DNA of 51,005 nucleotides, taken from NCBI GenBank assembly GCA_001687465.1, contig LVLI01000680.1, forward strand, positions 1 through 51,005, in the 5' to 3' direction. The notes beneath the pieces were generated by a model. That model was not told where the DNA came from, did no database searches, and was given only the letters and a program-made list of their open reading frames with translations. The DNA is from Halocafeteria seosinensis (taxonomy: Eukaryota). A program made the translations under genes and the position numbers. Shown in pieces: positions 1 to 11,501 of the stretch (positions are counted from its first letter, which is position 1; each line of letters opens with the position of its first letter).

Positions 1-444
1 GTTCGTTGCATGGACCATAATTTTCAAGATCGGAGATTCAATTTTCCGCCGGAGCCACAGTGTATACCTACTTCCCTTCCCATACGCATCCATCGACAGC
101 AACAATAAAAAAGCAAAAAACTTGGATGCGCTTCCAATCCGCTAGGTTGTACTGTAGTTGATATGGATATTCCGACTGATTCGCATCTTGAGGTCGCGTG
201 ACACGTGTGTATCAAGTTGTACCATTGGTAGTATACTATCTACTATGGTGCTTAACATACCGGTTAAGTGTAAGAGGTCTTTCTGGGTGGTTGACTATCT
301 ATCAAACGCATTCATGCTTATATAACTACCTCTTAATTGGCATGTGATGAGAGGGAATGAGACCCCCGGGAATCTGTCACATCCATCCATTCATGTTTAT
401 TAGCAAGACGGTGTACTTACTAACGCAACATCACAATCAATCTT

Positions 445-1522
445 TTACTGATCGGGGTCTTCGGTGCTACTCTGCTGTTTGTTCAGACCCGAGAACTGAG
501 GGGGGACGTATCCTTGCTTATTTCTTGCCGTTGACTGTTCTGACTGTTCGTGGATGTTGTTCAGTAATGCAGCGTTCCGCTGTGCCATTGACATAGCCAC
601 AGAAACGCCAGATGTTAAAGCTTCCATTCGATCCGAATGGGTAAGTGCCTGCCCACCAGCGGCTGCGTGGAAAAACAAATGCTGCAGGAGGAGCTGGATA
701 TGGACAATTGAAAGGTCCGTACCCCTTCTTCTGTGTTTCAAAAAACCTTCCACGGCCTCCATTATCTGTTGCTTGTCCCCGATTTCAACGTTTGAGTAAT
801 TAGAATTCAAGGCGATCCTAAAACTTCCATCCAAATACCGGTACTTAAAGTTGTACTGCAGCGATCAGTGATGCACTAGTTTTAGAAGTACATAAACAAA
901 CGAAGCTGGCAGACATCCGGTCTGATTAGGTAATTACTCACCAGCCGATTGCTTTCGCCACACCTGTCGAATGAATCCATTCCTGCAACATCTTCGTACA
1001 CCTTGTCTCTGCTAAAGCATACTCCATATCGGGACACGCGGAGTTGTCCATCGCTCGAGACGCCTGCGCATCAGCATCAGCGAGGGAGCGTCTGGATCCA
1101 AAACTAGATTTAGGAAAAAACTAGACGCCGCCTTACTATGTATCTGTAGTGTGCATCACGAGAAGACATTAGAACTTCGAAAACGTGTGAACGTGTAGTG
1201 CCAAGACTCTCTAGATAGGTACCTACGTCGAAAGAAGTACAGCAGCAAGGCGCGATCATGACTGAAATTAGGGGAAGCGGTACGCAACAAAGCAAGGTCT
1301 TGTCAGGCTTTATGACAAACGTATATTCCTCTCCGTTGACCAAGTCCTGGCCCTCGGGTATGTGAACCTGCAGGTACATCGTTCATCGTGCTCAAAAATG
1401 CTCCTTACATGCCGCCTCAATTGTCTAGTCCGACTTACAGTAGAGCAGTCCCATATGGGACAGAGCATTTTGCAGTAGACACAGCGACTATAATACTGCC
1501 GCAATTCTGTTGAAGTCGTCAT
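445..1522 (-). CDS. Hypothetical Cys-rich protein, paralog A1 (multi-exon, includes a 7-nt microexon)
   Basis: Exons join across GT-AG introns: MTTSTELRQYYSRCVYCKMLCPIWDCST | VHIPEGQDLVNGEEY...APCCCTSFD | IH(S) | VSSDGQLRVSRYGVC... | YNFKY...; each exon is clearly similar to the gene at 2078-3413. Confidence 0.75.
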
Positions 1523-1759
1523 CCCTGCGCTTCTACACCCAACACCCTAGGATTCGTACACTCACTGACAGCTGCTTCTGGGCAGCATGTATTCAGCAGT
1601 TCTTTGTGCCGTGGAGACGGAGCCAGAATTTCTCCAGTGCTTCACTCCAAAGGAGAAACCAAATGTCTTTTCCAAAGAATTGAATAGTATGACAACCCGC
1701 ATACAGTCATCAGAGCTATGGTGCCTGCTGCTCCCTGGGACGCTTGCGTCCTCTCGTGC

Positions 1760-1777
1760 CGGTCGCACGTTCACATG
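1760..1777. promoter_or_regulatory. 18-bp motif CGGTCGCACGTTCACATG upstream of paralog A1
   Basis: Identical copy at 3807-3824 upstream of paralog A2; flanking sequence is not conserved. Confidence 0.55.
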
Positions 1778-1918
1778 CAAGGAGTGGAAGTTCCACAGAC
1801 ACGGTGGTCGAAAAAAAAAAAAAACAGGAACGATGGTTCAGCAAAATGTGTTGGCATTTCTTATTACTGCGTGATCGGCAGCCGCCAGAAATACTCTCAG
1901 ATGCGTTCAGCTGAGCAT

Positions 1919-1951
1919 CTGCAGTGCTGGCAACTGCAGTGCTGGCAACTG
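1919..1951. repeat. Tandem duplication of 15-mer CTGCAGTGCTGGCAA
   Basis: Two adjacent exact copies plus a partial third, read directly. Confidence 0.8.
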
Positions 1952-2077
1952 TTTTACTTTTGCTTTGAAGTGCTGTGAGTTTTCCAAGGTGCCATACACT
2001 ACTTATCCCAAGTTCAAGAAAGTGTCGACTAAGTCGTGAACCGTTATCGCCCTAGCTCTTCATGTGCAATCAGGATA

Positions 2078-3413
2078 TTAAATCTGATAAGAAGGGGGCG
2101 GCTCCTCGGGCTGGTACGCTGATGATGTTGTTTGACCTTGCGAATTGCCAGTGTAGGTCGAGTCAGCGTTGTGCGGAGAAGCCATTGGTTCTGAGGATAC
2201 ACCTGAAGAATATTGCTCCGTATACCCTCCTTCCGTGTAGAAGGCATTGTTGCCCTGATTCGCGTACTGAGAGCTGAAATGGTGTTGCTGCTGATACTGC
2301 TGAGTGGGATCTGATGCGTTGTTTCCAGTAAATTGAGTCTGCATATTGGCTCCCATTGGCGACTGCTGTGGAGCACCCATCGCATTTTGCTGTTGTAGCA
2401 AATGAAGAAACTGGGGCGGAACCTGTCCTTGTGCATTTGCACCCATTGCCATTCCTGGTTGTTGTTGGCCCGCTATACCGGTATTCGTCGCCGCTGGATT
2501 CTGTTGCTGAGCCATCAACACAGCTTGAGAAACTTGAGAGGAAAGCAACTCCATCTGGTCTGTATGGAAGAGCGCTGCTCCACCACTCGCTGCATCGGAG
2601 AGACATCGACGAATAGGAGGCCCGGGGATCCGCGGCAAAAATACATACCCATTCTCCTCTGCTTTAAGAATGTGTTTACTGCTTGCATGGCTTCTTGCTT
2701 CTCACCAACACTTATGCTGGAATATCCAGAATTCAAAGAGATGCCGTCAGCTCCGTCCGAAAGTTTGTACTTGAAATTGTACTGCAAGCGATACATTAAA
2801 ACCGATATAGGATGAAGATCCGTAACTTAACATATGTTCTTGTCCACTCTCTACCCACGGCCGAATTGCCATCATTGTACGTCACCGAAGTATCCATGCC
2901 CACTATGTCTTCGTAGCTCGTCTCGCTGCTAGTACAGACACCATACCGAGCGACATGAAGCACTCCATCCTTCGAGACACCTGGACGGGGGCGGATTCAT
3001 AAGGCAACATGAACAACATGGTTACTCAGTCCCCACTTACTATGTACCTGCAAGAGTAGGAACGCGTTAGGAAGGATAAAGAAGGGATCATCACGAAGTA
3101 CTGCAGTACACGTACGTCGAAGGATCGGCAGCAGCATGGTCCGCAAACGCAGGAGATCAATGGAAATGGCACAATATAGAGCGTAATCTTGTCAGGCTTT
3201 ACAACAAACGAGAATTCCTCTCCATTTTCCAAGTCTTGCCCCTCTGGTACGTACAACTGTTGTCATACTATATCACATACAGACTGATACAGTACACAGT
3301 ACGTTACATACACTCGTGAATGCAAAGCTTACCTCCGAGCAATCAGAAATGGGACAGAGCATTTTACAATAGACATTACTGCTATATTGTTCCTTCAGTT
3401 CTCTGTAGCTCAT
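2078..3413 (-). CDS. Hypothetical Cys-rich protein, paralog A2, with Q/N-rich C-terminal tail ending in PPPSY
   Basis: MSYRELKEQYSSNVYCKMLCPISDCSE | ...PEGQDLENGEEFSFVVKPDK...GPCCCRSFD | VH(S) | VSKDGVLHVARYGVC | YNFKY...; intron positions match A1. Confidence 0.75.
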
Positions 3414-3806
3414 CTTGCTTTGCCTGTGATGGACGTATCGAGCCTGCACTGTATGGAGTGGCGGAGGAGGTGCGTTCGAAGCTCAGCGAGGTCCCCGGCT
3501 GTCTTACGCTACAGCCGGCTGGACTCGAATCCCCCGACGGGGGTAATAGAAATGCTACTAGCAGAATGAAGCAGTTTAACAAACCAACAGTGAAGACCAA
3601 ACTATACACTGGAAAGGATAAAACAGTGTCGCACATTCCGATTAACTCGCAGCAGTTGGTACCAGTAGCGCGCTGTCTGTCACATGCGTGTGTGTGTGTG
3701 TCTATGACACACCTTCACCAGTAGTAGTAGCATACTCATTCAAATCGAAAAATGGCCATAATCGCGGGGAGGGTTTGGGTTTTTGGCATGAGAGCAGCTC
3801 TGGTGG

Positions 3807-3824
3807 CGGTCGCACGTTCACATG
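3807..3824. promoter_or_regulatory. Second copy of the 18-bp motif, upstream of paralog A2
   Basis: Exact match to 1760-1777. Confidence 0.55.
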
Positions 3825-3966
3825 TGAGCGGGGTTGCTGCTCGCCGTGCTCGTCGCGCTGTGATGAACTAACGGGCAATATACAATACCACCTGTCTATT
3901 TTTTGGTGTTTGTAGTAAAGCTACGTACATACTGTATATCGCAGACCCGAAAAATCCTTTTCGAGC

Positions 3967-5773
3967 TCAGGAATCAGCAGGAGGAGTGACAAGACACCCA
4001 CAACCTTCCACATGCTTTGTATCTGCTGCTGGTCTATCGACAACGAACATATTACCGTTGTTGGTATTTCTTCCGCTGCTATCTGCACCGGAAGCTCGTC
4101 CTTCCTCCAACGCCATTTGGCGCGCCGCGTGGAGATCAATTCCGGGGCTCTCGTCCCCGATGCTCTGAGATTCACCGGTAGCTTGAGTTTCCATGGAGGG
4201 GTCACGTACAAACAACTTCATTGCGCAGGTCGTATTGGTATTATGACAATTTACAAGGTCTTCTGTGCCACATCGTTCCATTTGAATCGTTGTGTGCTTA
4301 ATCCCATGAGAGAGAGCAACTTGTTGAGCTTGCTTCAACGAGCTGACGGTATCATCCGCCACAATATGGACTGACATTGCAACGAGGTCATTGGCGATGG
4401 CCCAAATATGGAGGTCATGCACGTTTGATACACCCTTGATAGACTGTAGATCCCGAAGTACATCGGATGTGTTCACATGTGCTGGTGCACTATTTAGAAG
4501 AACCCCTGTCCCTTGCTTTAAAATATTAATCGTCGTATACAAAACCCTGCCAACACCACGCACAACAAGCAAAGAAAGCAAAAATACTCAGATTGAACAC
4601 TGGGAGTAACAGAAGAACCAGGTACGTACAATATACTGAAAAGGAATGTGCAAAGCGGGTCCGCCAATCGGTACTCCGGTTTGGCCCAGATTATTGCCCC
4701 AGCAATAATGACTCCAATGCTCTGAACCAGGTCTCCGAGGACATGAATAAACGCCGCCCGTACTGCCATGCTGTCTTCGGACTTCTTTTTATGCTTGCCG
4801 TCACCGTGTGAATGGCCTTCACCACCATGTGAATGACCGTGACCTCCATGTGAGTGCCCATGGCCTCCATGCGAATGCCCATGACCATGATCATGCAAAG
4901 TGCGCAGCATAGCCAGGTTGAATCCAAAGCCAATACATGCTGTGATAAACATTATCTTCCCATCTACTTCCACTGGTGTAATAATCCGTTTCACCGCTTC
5001 GTAGCAGAGAACTCCCGTCAGAAGCCAAATGAGGAACACACTAATAGCTGCGCCGAGTACTTCTACTCGCTGGTATCCAAAAGTTAATTTCGCCGTCGGA
5101 GAACGGCCACCGAGATAAACTGCGAATAAGCTAATCAGCAGACCTGCCGCGTCCGAAAGCAAGTGTGCAGCACTGCAAACTCACGACCAAACTCGTGTAC
5201 GTTAACCTCTTCGCACATGTAAACGAAGCCATGCACTTACTCGGTCATAATGGCAAGTGAGCCCGAAATATAGCCTCCGACAAACTCTCCCGTCATAAAT
5301 AAGAAGCACAAGAGCAGTGTAATAACCAGGCGCTTCAAGGCCCGTCTCGTTTTGGCCTTTTGGAGTTCCGGCACTGTAGCGAACGTATCGTCATCGCGTT
5401 CATTACGGTCATCTTCCGTCAGTAATTGAGCTCGGCCTGAACGCTCAGCACTGTCCTCTAAACTCGGCTGCAATTCAATGCTTGCTACAGCTTGACCGTC
5501 CCGCGGATGGTGGACGCAATTGGTTGTATGAAGATGGGCTCCATCTGCTCCTCGTATACCCATCAGCACGCAATTTTCGTCTTGTATGGGGTGATAATCT
5601 TGATCCGCGGTTGCTACACCTGTCCCGGACACGATAGCATTCGTACACGAGGCTCCTCCATCATCTTCATTATCGATTTCGGCTGACGATGGAGCTGAGG
5701 CAGACCGATCGACGCGTGTCTGTGCATTGTTATCCGGCAGCTTATTGGAGGACTTTCTGTTTTTTCCCCCCAT
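3967..5773 (-). CDS. Cation diffusion facilitator (ZnT/SLC30/MTP-type) zinc transporter, 2 introns
   Basis: Spliced SLAIMTDAAHLLSD (HxxxD), His-rich loop (HGHSHGG)n, AAFIHVLGDLVQS (HxxxD), ADPLCTF, VHDLHIW, HTTIQME. Confidence 0.95.
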
Positions 5774-6075
5774 TTTTGTCTCTTATTACGTGGCGGAATG
5801 GTCGCCGCAACCTTCAACAATGGTGTGGCTTTCTCGGAGAGTTTCTCCAGTCCCTACACATACACACAAACCCTCAACATCACAAGACTGCTACAGACAG
5901 AACATATTCCACCGAAACGGTCTGTTCTCGCATCATGCAGGATGTGAACCTACGGTTCTTCAACGGGATTATGCGAGTCAGAAAAGAAATGGGATGGATT
6001 GGTAATGTTGCATATGGAAATGATAGAATTTTAGCGTCATAGCTACAACGACCCTCGCTGCTTTCGTGGAGGAAA

Positions 6076-6834
6076 ATGGCTCACAAAGCGGCGGACACCG
6101 AATTGGTGTGGTATGCGAGTTTTGGAAGCAACATGTGCCTGGAGAGGTTCTTATGCTACATACAAGGAGGACATTTGGAGGCAATAGGAAAGGATTTCGA
6201 AGGAGCGAGTGATAAGACACCGCCTAAGGCTTCGATTGGACTAACTGCACCTCATAAAATGTTCTTTGCTAGGGAATCCAAATGGTGGAAAGGCGGTGTT
6301 GGCTTTATAGATCCTCGTCGGACTAATGGATACGATGAAGCACAGTCTGTCCTAGATACATTGTCTCTCGATAGTGGCGCCTCAGATAAAGCCAATGAAA
6401 CCCAGCGACAGAAAGTTGTGGCGTCCACCAAGGATCCGGGTGTTAGCTTCCTGCGAGCTTACTTGATTACTTTGGATCAATATAACGATGTCGTTCGCCA
6501 AGAGAATAAAGGCAAAACTCAGCCCTTGAAAACTAAAGATGTCCAAGACTTAGTGGAAAGAGGAGCTGGATCGACAGTCTCGGTAAGCAGGGGATGGTAT
6601 GGGAATCTACTTCATATTGGAGATGTTCCATACGGTGAACGTTCATATCCGGTATTAAGCTTCACCTGTCATGAGGAAAATGCCCAACAACATTTGAATG
6701 ATCCTAGCGAGAGCTATCAGAACATGATCGTAAGAGGAATGAAAGAATGTCATTGGACAGAGAAAGAGGCTAGGAAATATGTGAACGCTCGCTTCTCCAG
6801 CTCTACTACTTCGACACGGTGCCAGATACAGTAA
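6076..6834 (+). CDS. Gamma-glutamylcyclotransferase-like protein resembling the C-terminal domain of plant HDA5 and bacterial standalone homologs; intronless
   Basis: N-terminal VWYASFGSNMCLERFLCYIQGG, then RAYLITLDQYNDVVRQEN, GWYG, and NDPSESY. Confidence 0.7.
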   Translation: MAHKAADTELVWYASFGSNMCLERFLCYIQGGHLEAIGKDFEGASDKTPPKASIGLTAPHKMFFARESKWWKGGVGFIDPRRTNGYDEAQSVLDTLSLDSGASDKANETQRQKVVASTKDPGVSFLRAYLITLDQYNDVVRQENKGKTQPLKTKDVQDLVERGAGSTVSVSRGWYGNLLHIGDVPYGERSYPVLSFTCHEENAQQHLNDPSESYQNMIVRGMKECHWTEKEARKYVNARFSSSTTSTRCQIQ

Positions 6835-7230
6835 GGATATCACTAATCATATTTGCGCCCGAAAGGCGCTTAGAAGAATTCTTCCCAATAGAGAGATTGT
6901 GTGCAGTGGGTCGTTAGATACTGTGTTACTTTATCCTACTAGGAATCGTAGCGGACGAACGTTTCCGGTTAACTGTGTTTTCCATTTTTTTCCGGAGCAT
7001 AGCTTCTGCAACTCTTTAGATAACTGAACGTTAATGACTTAATGAAATCATACCTTGCTAATAGGTAATTCATTGTTTAAATTCGGACAGATGTAATTCT
7101 ATACAGGTCCATTTGAATTGTTGTTCAGAGTCTCCTTCCATACCATGCGGGAACCCATCGATAACATATAGTATGAAAAAGCGAATATATGGAGAGATGT
7201 GTATCATACTGCGTAGAGAATTAGACTGAA

Positions 7231-9389
7231 ATGGACCCCACAAACACCAATGGGAGCTCATCTCCCGCCGTGGGAGGAGCTGGAGCTGCAGCAGCTGCTT
7301 CCGAGAGCTCTCATTACGGTGCCACAACCAGTACACCTCCACACGACATTGGACAGGAGGATGGTCAGTTTGATATGGAGCGTGGATCGGCGACGGAACC
7401 GGAAATGGTCCTGGCAGAGGCCACGGAGAAGAGTGGAGAGACGGCGGAGGACAGTGGAGTGGAGGACCCTCATCAGGCTTCCGGAATTAAGCATGAATTA
7501 TCCCCTCTACAGGCCTCTCTAAATATCATCAAGGCGATTGTGGGTGCTGGCTCGTTTGGACTGCCGTATGCGTTCTACAATAGTGGAATTGCACTAGCGC
7601 TGACACTTATGTGCCTGTTGGCAACATTAAGTGTGTACACGGCGGAATTGCTCAATTACATCGACAGAGCCCTTTCCAAACGGGAAGTCAAACATGCTTC
7701 CGTGGAGGAAGGTTTCTCAAGAAAGGTAGATCTCACTTATCCGGATATTGCAGAGAAAGCCTTCCCAACAGTATCGATCCGAAGAGTATGTTGCTGCCAA
7801 TGCTTTGATGGCTTGTGCTCGAGAAGAAGACGACGGATACCTTCTGAATCTGAAGTGTATGCCGACCCAGGGACGGATGAATATCCCCGCAAGACTTCGT
7901 GGGACACAAGGAAGCCTCACGACAAATCCGAATATGACCAAGAGACTCTGCTTAAGGCTGGTGTTATGCAATCGGATACAGCAGGCGGGGCTCCAAAGCC
8001 TGTAGGTGTCAGGAAGTGTTGTGCGACAAGTATAGAAGGGTCACTCTTTTGTCTCCAAAGAAGTTCAAAATGTTTTCCTAAGGCCTGTTGTCGAAGTATT
8101 AGGGAAAGCCATTCGACTTCCATCAAGGAATGCGGCGACGGGTGTGGAACTGTGCTGTGCTGTTGTGGAAGCTCTGTTACTGCTTCTGGTGAATACCAGA
8201 GTTACGCTGATAGTAGCTTATTTCGCTTTATTGTCTATTTTGGATTTATTGCTACCTCCATTGGAGCTTGCTCTGCTTACGTCGATTTCATTGCTTCTAC
8301 GATTCCTTCCGTTTTCCCTGTTCTCAACCAGACGTATACAGTGCTATTGATTTTCCCTCTCTTAGTGGGATTGGCCTTAATTCGGTCCATGCGCTTACTT
8401 GCATTCACTAGTATTCTTGGCAACTTGGCGATATCGTTCGGACTTCTGACTGTCCTTGTATCAGGATTCGTGGATAAGCCGGACGAGAAGAGGAGCAGGA
8501 CGCTCGAAGTAACAACTTTGGATACATCTGTACCACTTGTTGGCAATATTAAAGGGTTCTTTCGAGCCTTCGGTACAATTGCTTTCCTGTTTGCTGTTCA
8601 TATCATTGTATACCCGATAATGCAAAGTATGAAGAGACGAAAAGATTTTGGGAAGACTATTATTGGAACATATACAGTGGTTACAGTACGTGCTGCACAA
8701 TCTGTTTTATTAGGGACTGCTTTTTTCACTTGAAACTCACTCATATGACGCAGGTAATTAATGGATCATTTGCTGTACTAAGTGTCCTGCTATTTGCTGG
8801 TGCAACATCCTCAAACATCGTCGAAAATCTATCTGCGGGAATTTATGCCGATGCAGTGAAACTGTTATTGTGTGTAGACCTACTCTTCACCGTTCCAATT
8901 GTCCTGGGTGCGGCCCGTTTTCTGATAGAGGATACAGTTGTCCCGAAATTTCCCGAGACATGGGACACACATGTTCGCAACATAGTTCGCGTAAGTTGTG
9001 TCGGCCTGACTATCAGGTGTTGGCCCTATGTTCAAAACTGTTACTTCCCTGGTGCAGCTGGTGCTTACTATCATTATAGCAACTATATGCTTTCTCATCC
9101 CTTCATTTGCCAATCTTGTTACCCTAGTTGGTGGAGTGGGTATGTATTGGCTGATATCTATCGGACACAAGTATTGCTTATTATTATTTGTCTGTCTATT
9201 CGCTTGACAGTGAATTGCTTAATGGGATATATTCTGCCACCTTTGATCTATATAAAGATCAAGCGTGATGAGGGGGCATTGTCGTGGAGTTCATTTCTCT
9301 TGCACGGACTGTTGGTCGGTGTCGGGATCGTGGCAGCGGTAGCGAGTCTAACAGTCACATCGATGGACATAGTAAACGGGTCAGCCTAG
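7231..9389 (+). CDS. AAAP/SLC36-SLC38-like amino acid transporter with a large Cys-rich insert
   Basis: LNIIKAIVGAGSFGLPYAF, TYPDIAEKAF, FGTIAFLFAVH..VYPIMQSMK, YILPPLIY; introns near 8686-8753, 8991-9057 and 9140-9210. Confidence 0.9.
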
Positions 9390-9410
9390 GCAAGTAGGAG
9401 ACGGACCACA

Positions 9411-11430
9411 CTAAACCGATATGCCATTGAGTGAGAGTTCCTCTATGTAAGGGACCAGCAGAATTCGTGTCATAAAATAGAAGAAGACACCGAGGAAGAT
9501 CGAGATTGGCAACGCGGGCAGTGCCTTCTTGAAGATACCGAGGAGCAACAGGGTCATTCCCAGTCCCTGGAATATCGCAAGAATAATAGAATACACCAAT
9601 TTTGTACAGCGGTTACAACTGCGAAGAGATACGAAACAACGTACCATGAGTATGGATATGTAAGAGGCTACCATCGTCGCGAAATCGAATAGTGCCGCGC
9701 GTCCAACTAATACGGAGTAAAATACAAAGTCTCCCAAACCTAATTTGACATTCCGATCTTCTTCATCCTCTTCTTCGAATTCTTCCACGATATATTGTCC
9801 TTCAGCTGATTCGGGCGCTTCTTCAGCTTCTCTCCCGTGCTGAGTGGAACTGGTGGGGGCAGGAGCTACACGAGAAGGTGACTCTTGAGACCTTGTAGCT
9901 CCAGTAGTCTCTGACACACTCGAAGAGGTTTGCGACGTCGTAAATGATGCGGCATGTGTCTGGATCGGGTTTTCCACAGGTGGGATTCGGCCACGATCTG
10001 CCTCGCTACGACGTGCTCCTCCACGACTGTCTGCTCGTTCCTTCTCCTCAGCATTATGGTAATGACTGACGAGAGTGTCGCGAACTTGCCGTTGTCTATC
10101 AGCTTCATCAACCCCATCGTTTCTTCCAACATCCGCTTCGTACAATAAGCCGGGTATTGGCTCGCCCTGACGATCTTGTGCGAGTTCGATAAGCTTTCGT
10201 AACGGACCACATGGTGTAAGGACCTGCAGCATAGAATCCAAGAAGTAAAGACAATTTCCCCAAAACTTCGTTCCTTTAAATGGCCCGGTATTCTTGACTT
10301 ACAGCGCATAAATCATAGAGTGCCAAAGCTATGAGTAACGCCCAAGAGGTCCACTCTGGAAATTTCGTAACAATCCACGCCATAATGATTGAAACTGCTA
10401 CCAAATACGCTTGCGTCACGACCCGGGGTACTCCCTTTTGCCAGAAAACAGCGATGACACCCACGATGGCAAAATTGTACATAAGGAACACAAATGTAAA
10501 CCAATCAATTCTAATGTTGTACACGCGAATGGCGGTGAACGCCACAAAGCCACCCGAGTATCCCAGAAGCATTGCTGAAGCAAATATAAGATATCCCACC
10601 ATACATTTAAAGCATCGATACTTATACAATAACACCATCAAAAATGTGGCCACTGTTATTACTCCCACAATAACTAACGCGTTGATGACAGCTTCCCCAA
10701 TGACAGTTCCAGAGGGGGAACTGCTTCCGCCACTCCCGCCATCCCCACCACTTCCTCCTCCTCCTCCTCCACCTCCGCTGTCACCTCCACTATCCTCATT
10801 GAACACCAAATAAGTACTGCGATACCAGAAGGAGAGATTGGTCTACAGTAATGATGCTGAATCCACTACTGTTAGACCGACTGACGTACTTTAACCCTTC
10901 CGAGATGGATCCTTCGCCTTCCGGTTCTTGTACATTGGCCACCACAAAACTGCGCCCTCAAAACAAGCAACACAGATAACAAATATCACTTCTAGCGTCA
11001 TCATCATGCAACTTCCGTGGATATGTCCCTCCAAACTTCAACAATGTGGTGGATATTTACCTTGCCAAAGCCATAGTCACCGCCACAGGTTTCATAACAG
11101 CTGCCAAATGGTCTGCTGAATAGGATGGACCGTCGATATCCTGCGCATAGAGCATAGATGCATAGAAAATGGCCAAGAGAGAGAAGCGGTGCAGGAGACG
11201 GGACTTCAAGAACGGTTTCATACACTCCATTAGGTACGATGAGTAGCACTTACATCCAGTGCATCATGTTCTTTAGGTTCCTCGGAAGCTTGTGCACTTT
11301 GAATTTCATCTGTACGTGCATTATGAGCTGCAGAAGCGCCTGTTGAAGTGGAAGACATCTCTATTCCTGGCTCTTGTTCGTTGTTGTCATCCAATAAACG
11401 CCGATTATCTTCATCAAATCGGGTTGTCAT
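9411..11430 (-). CDS. PSEN: Presenilin (gamma-secretase catalytic subunit), multi-exon
   Basis: [25 protein letters not shown] (catalytic YD), [17 protein letters not shown] (GxGD), ALPALPISI (PAL). Confidence 0.95.
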
Positions 11431-11501
11431 TGCACTCCTTCTACTGTAGATAGACAATTTTGTTCAATGAATGGACCCGCGATCGAACAAACACGGAAAT
11501 A

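Noticed and set aside
4805..4895. Repetitive DNA in the zinc transporter (and the CCT-rich tract at 10730-10790)
   Set aside because: Explained by coding low complexity: the His-rich CDF loop and the presenilin Gly-rich loop.
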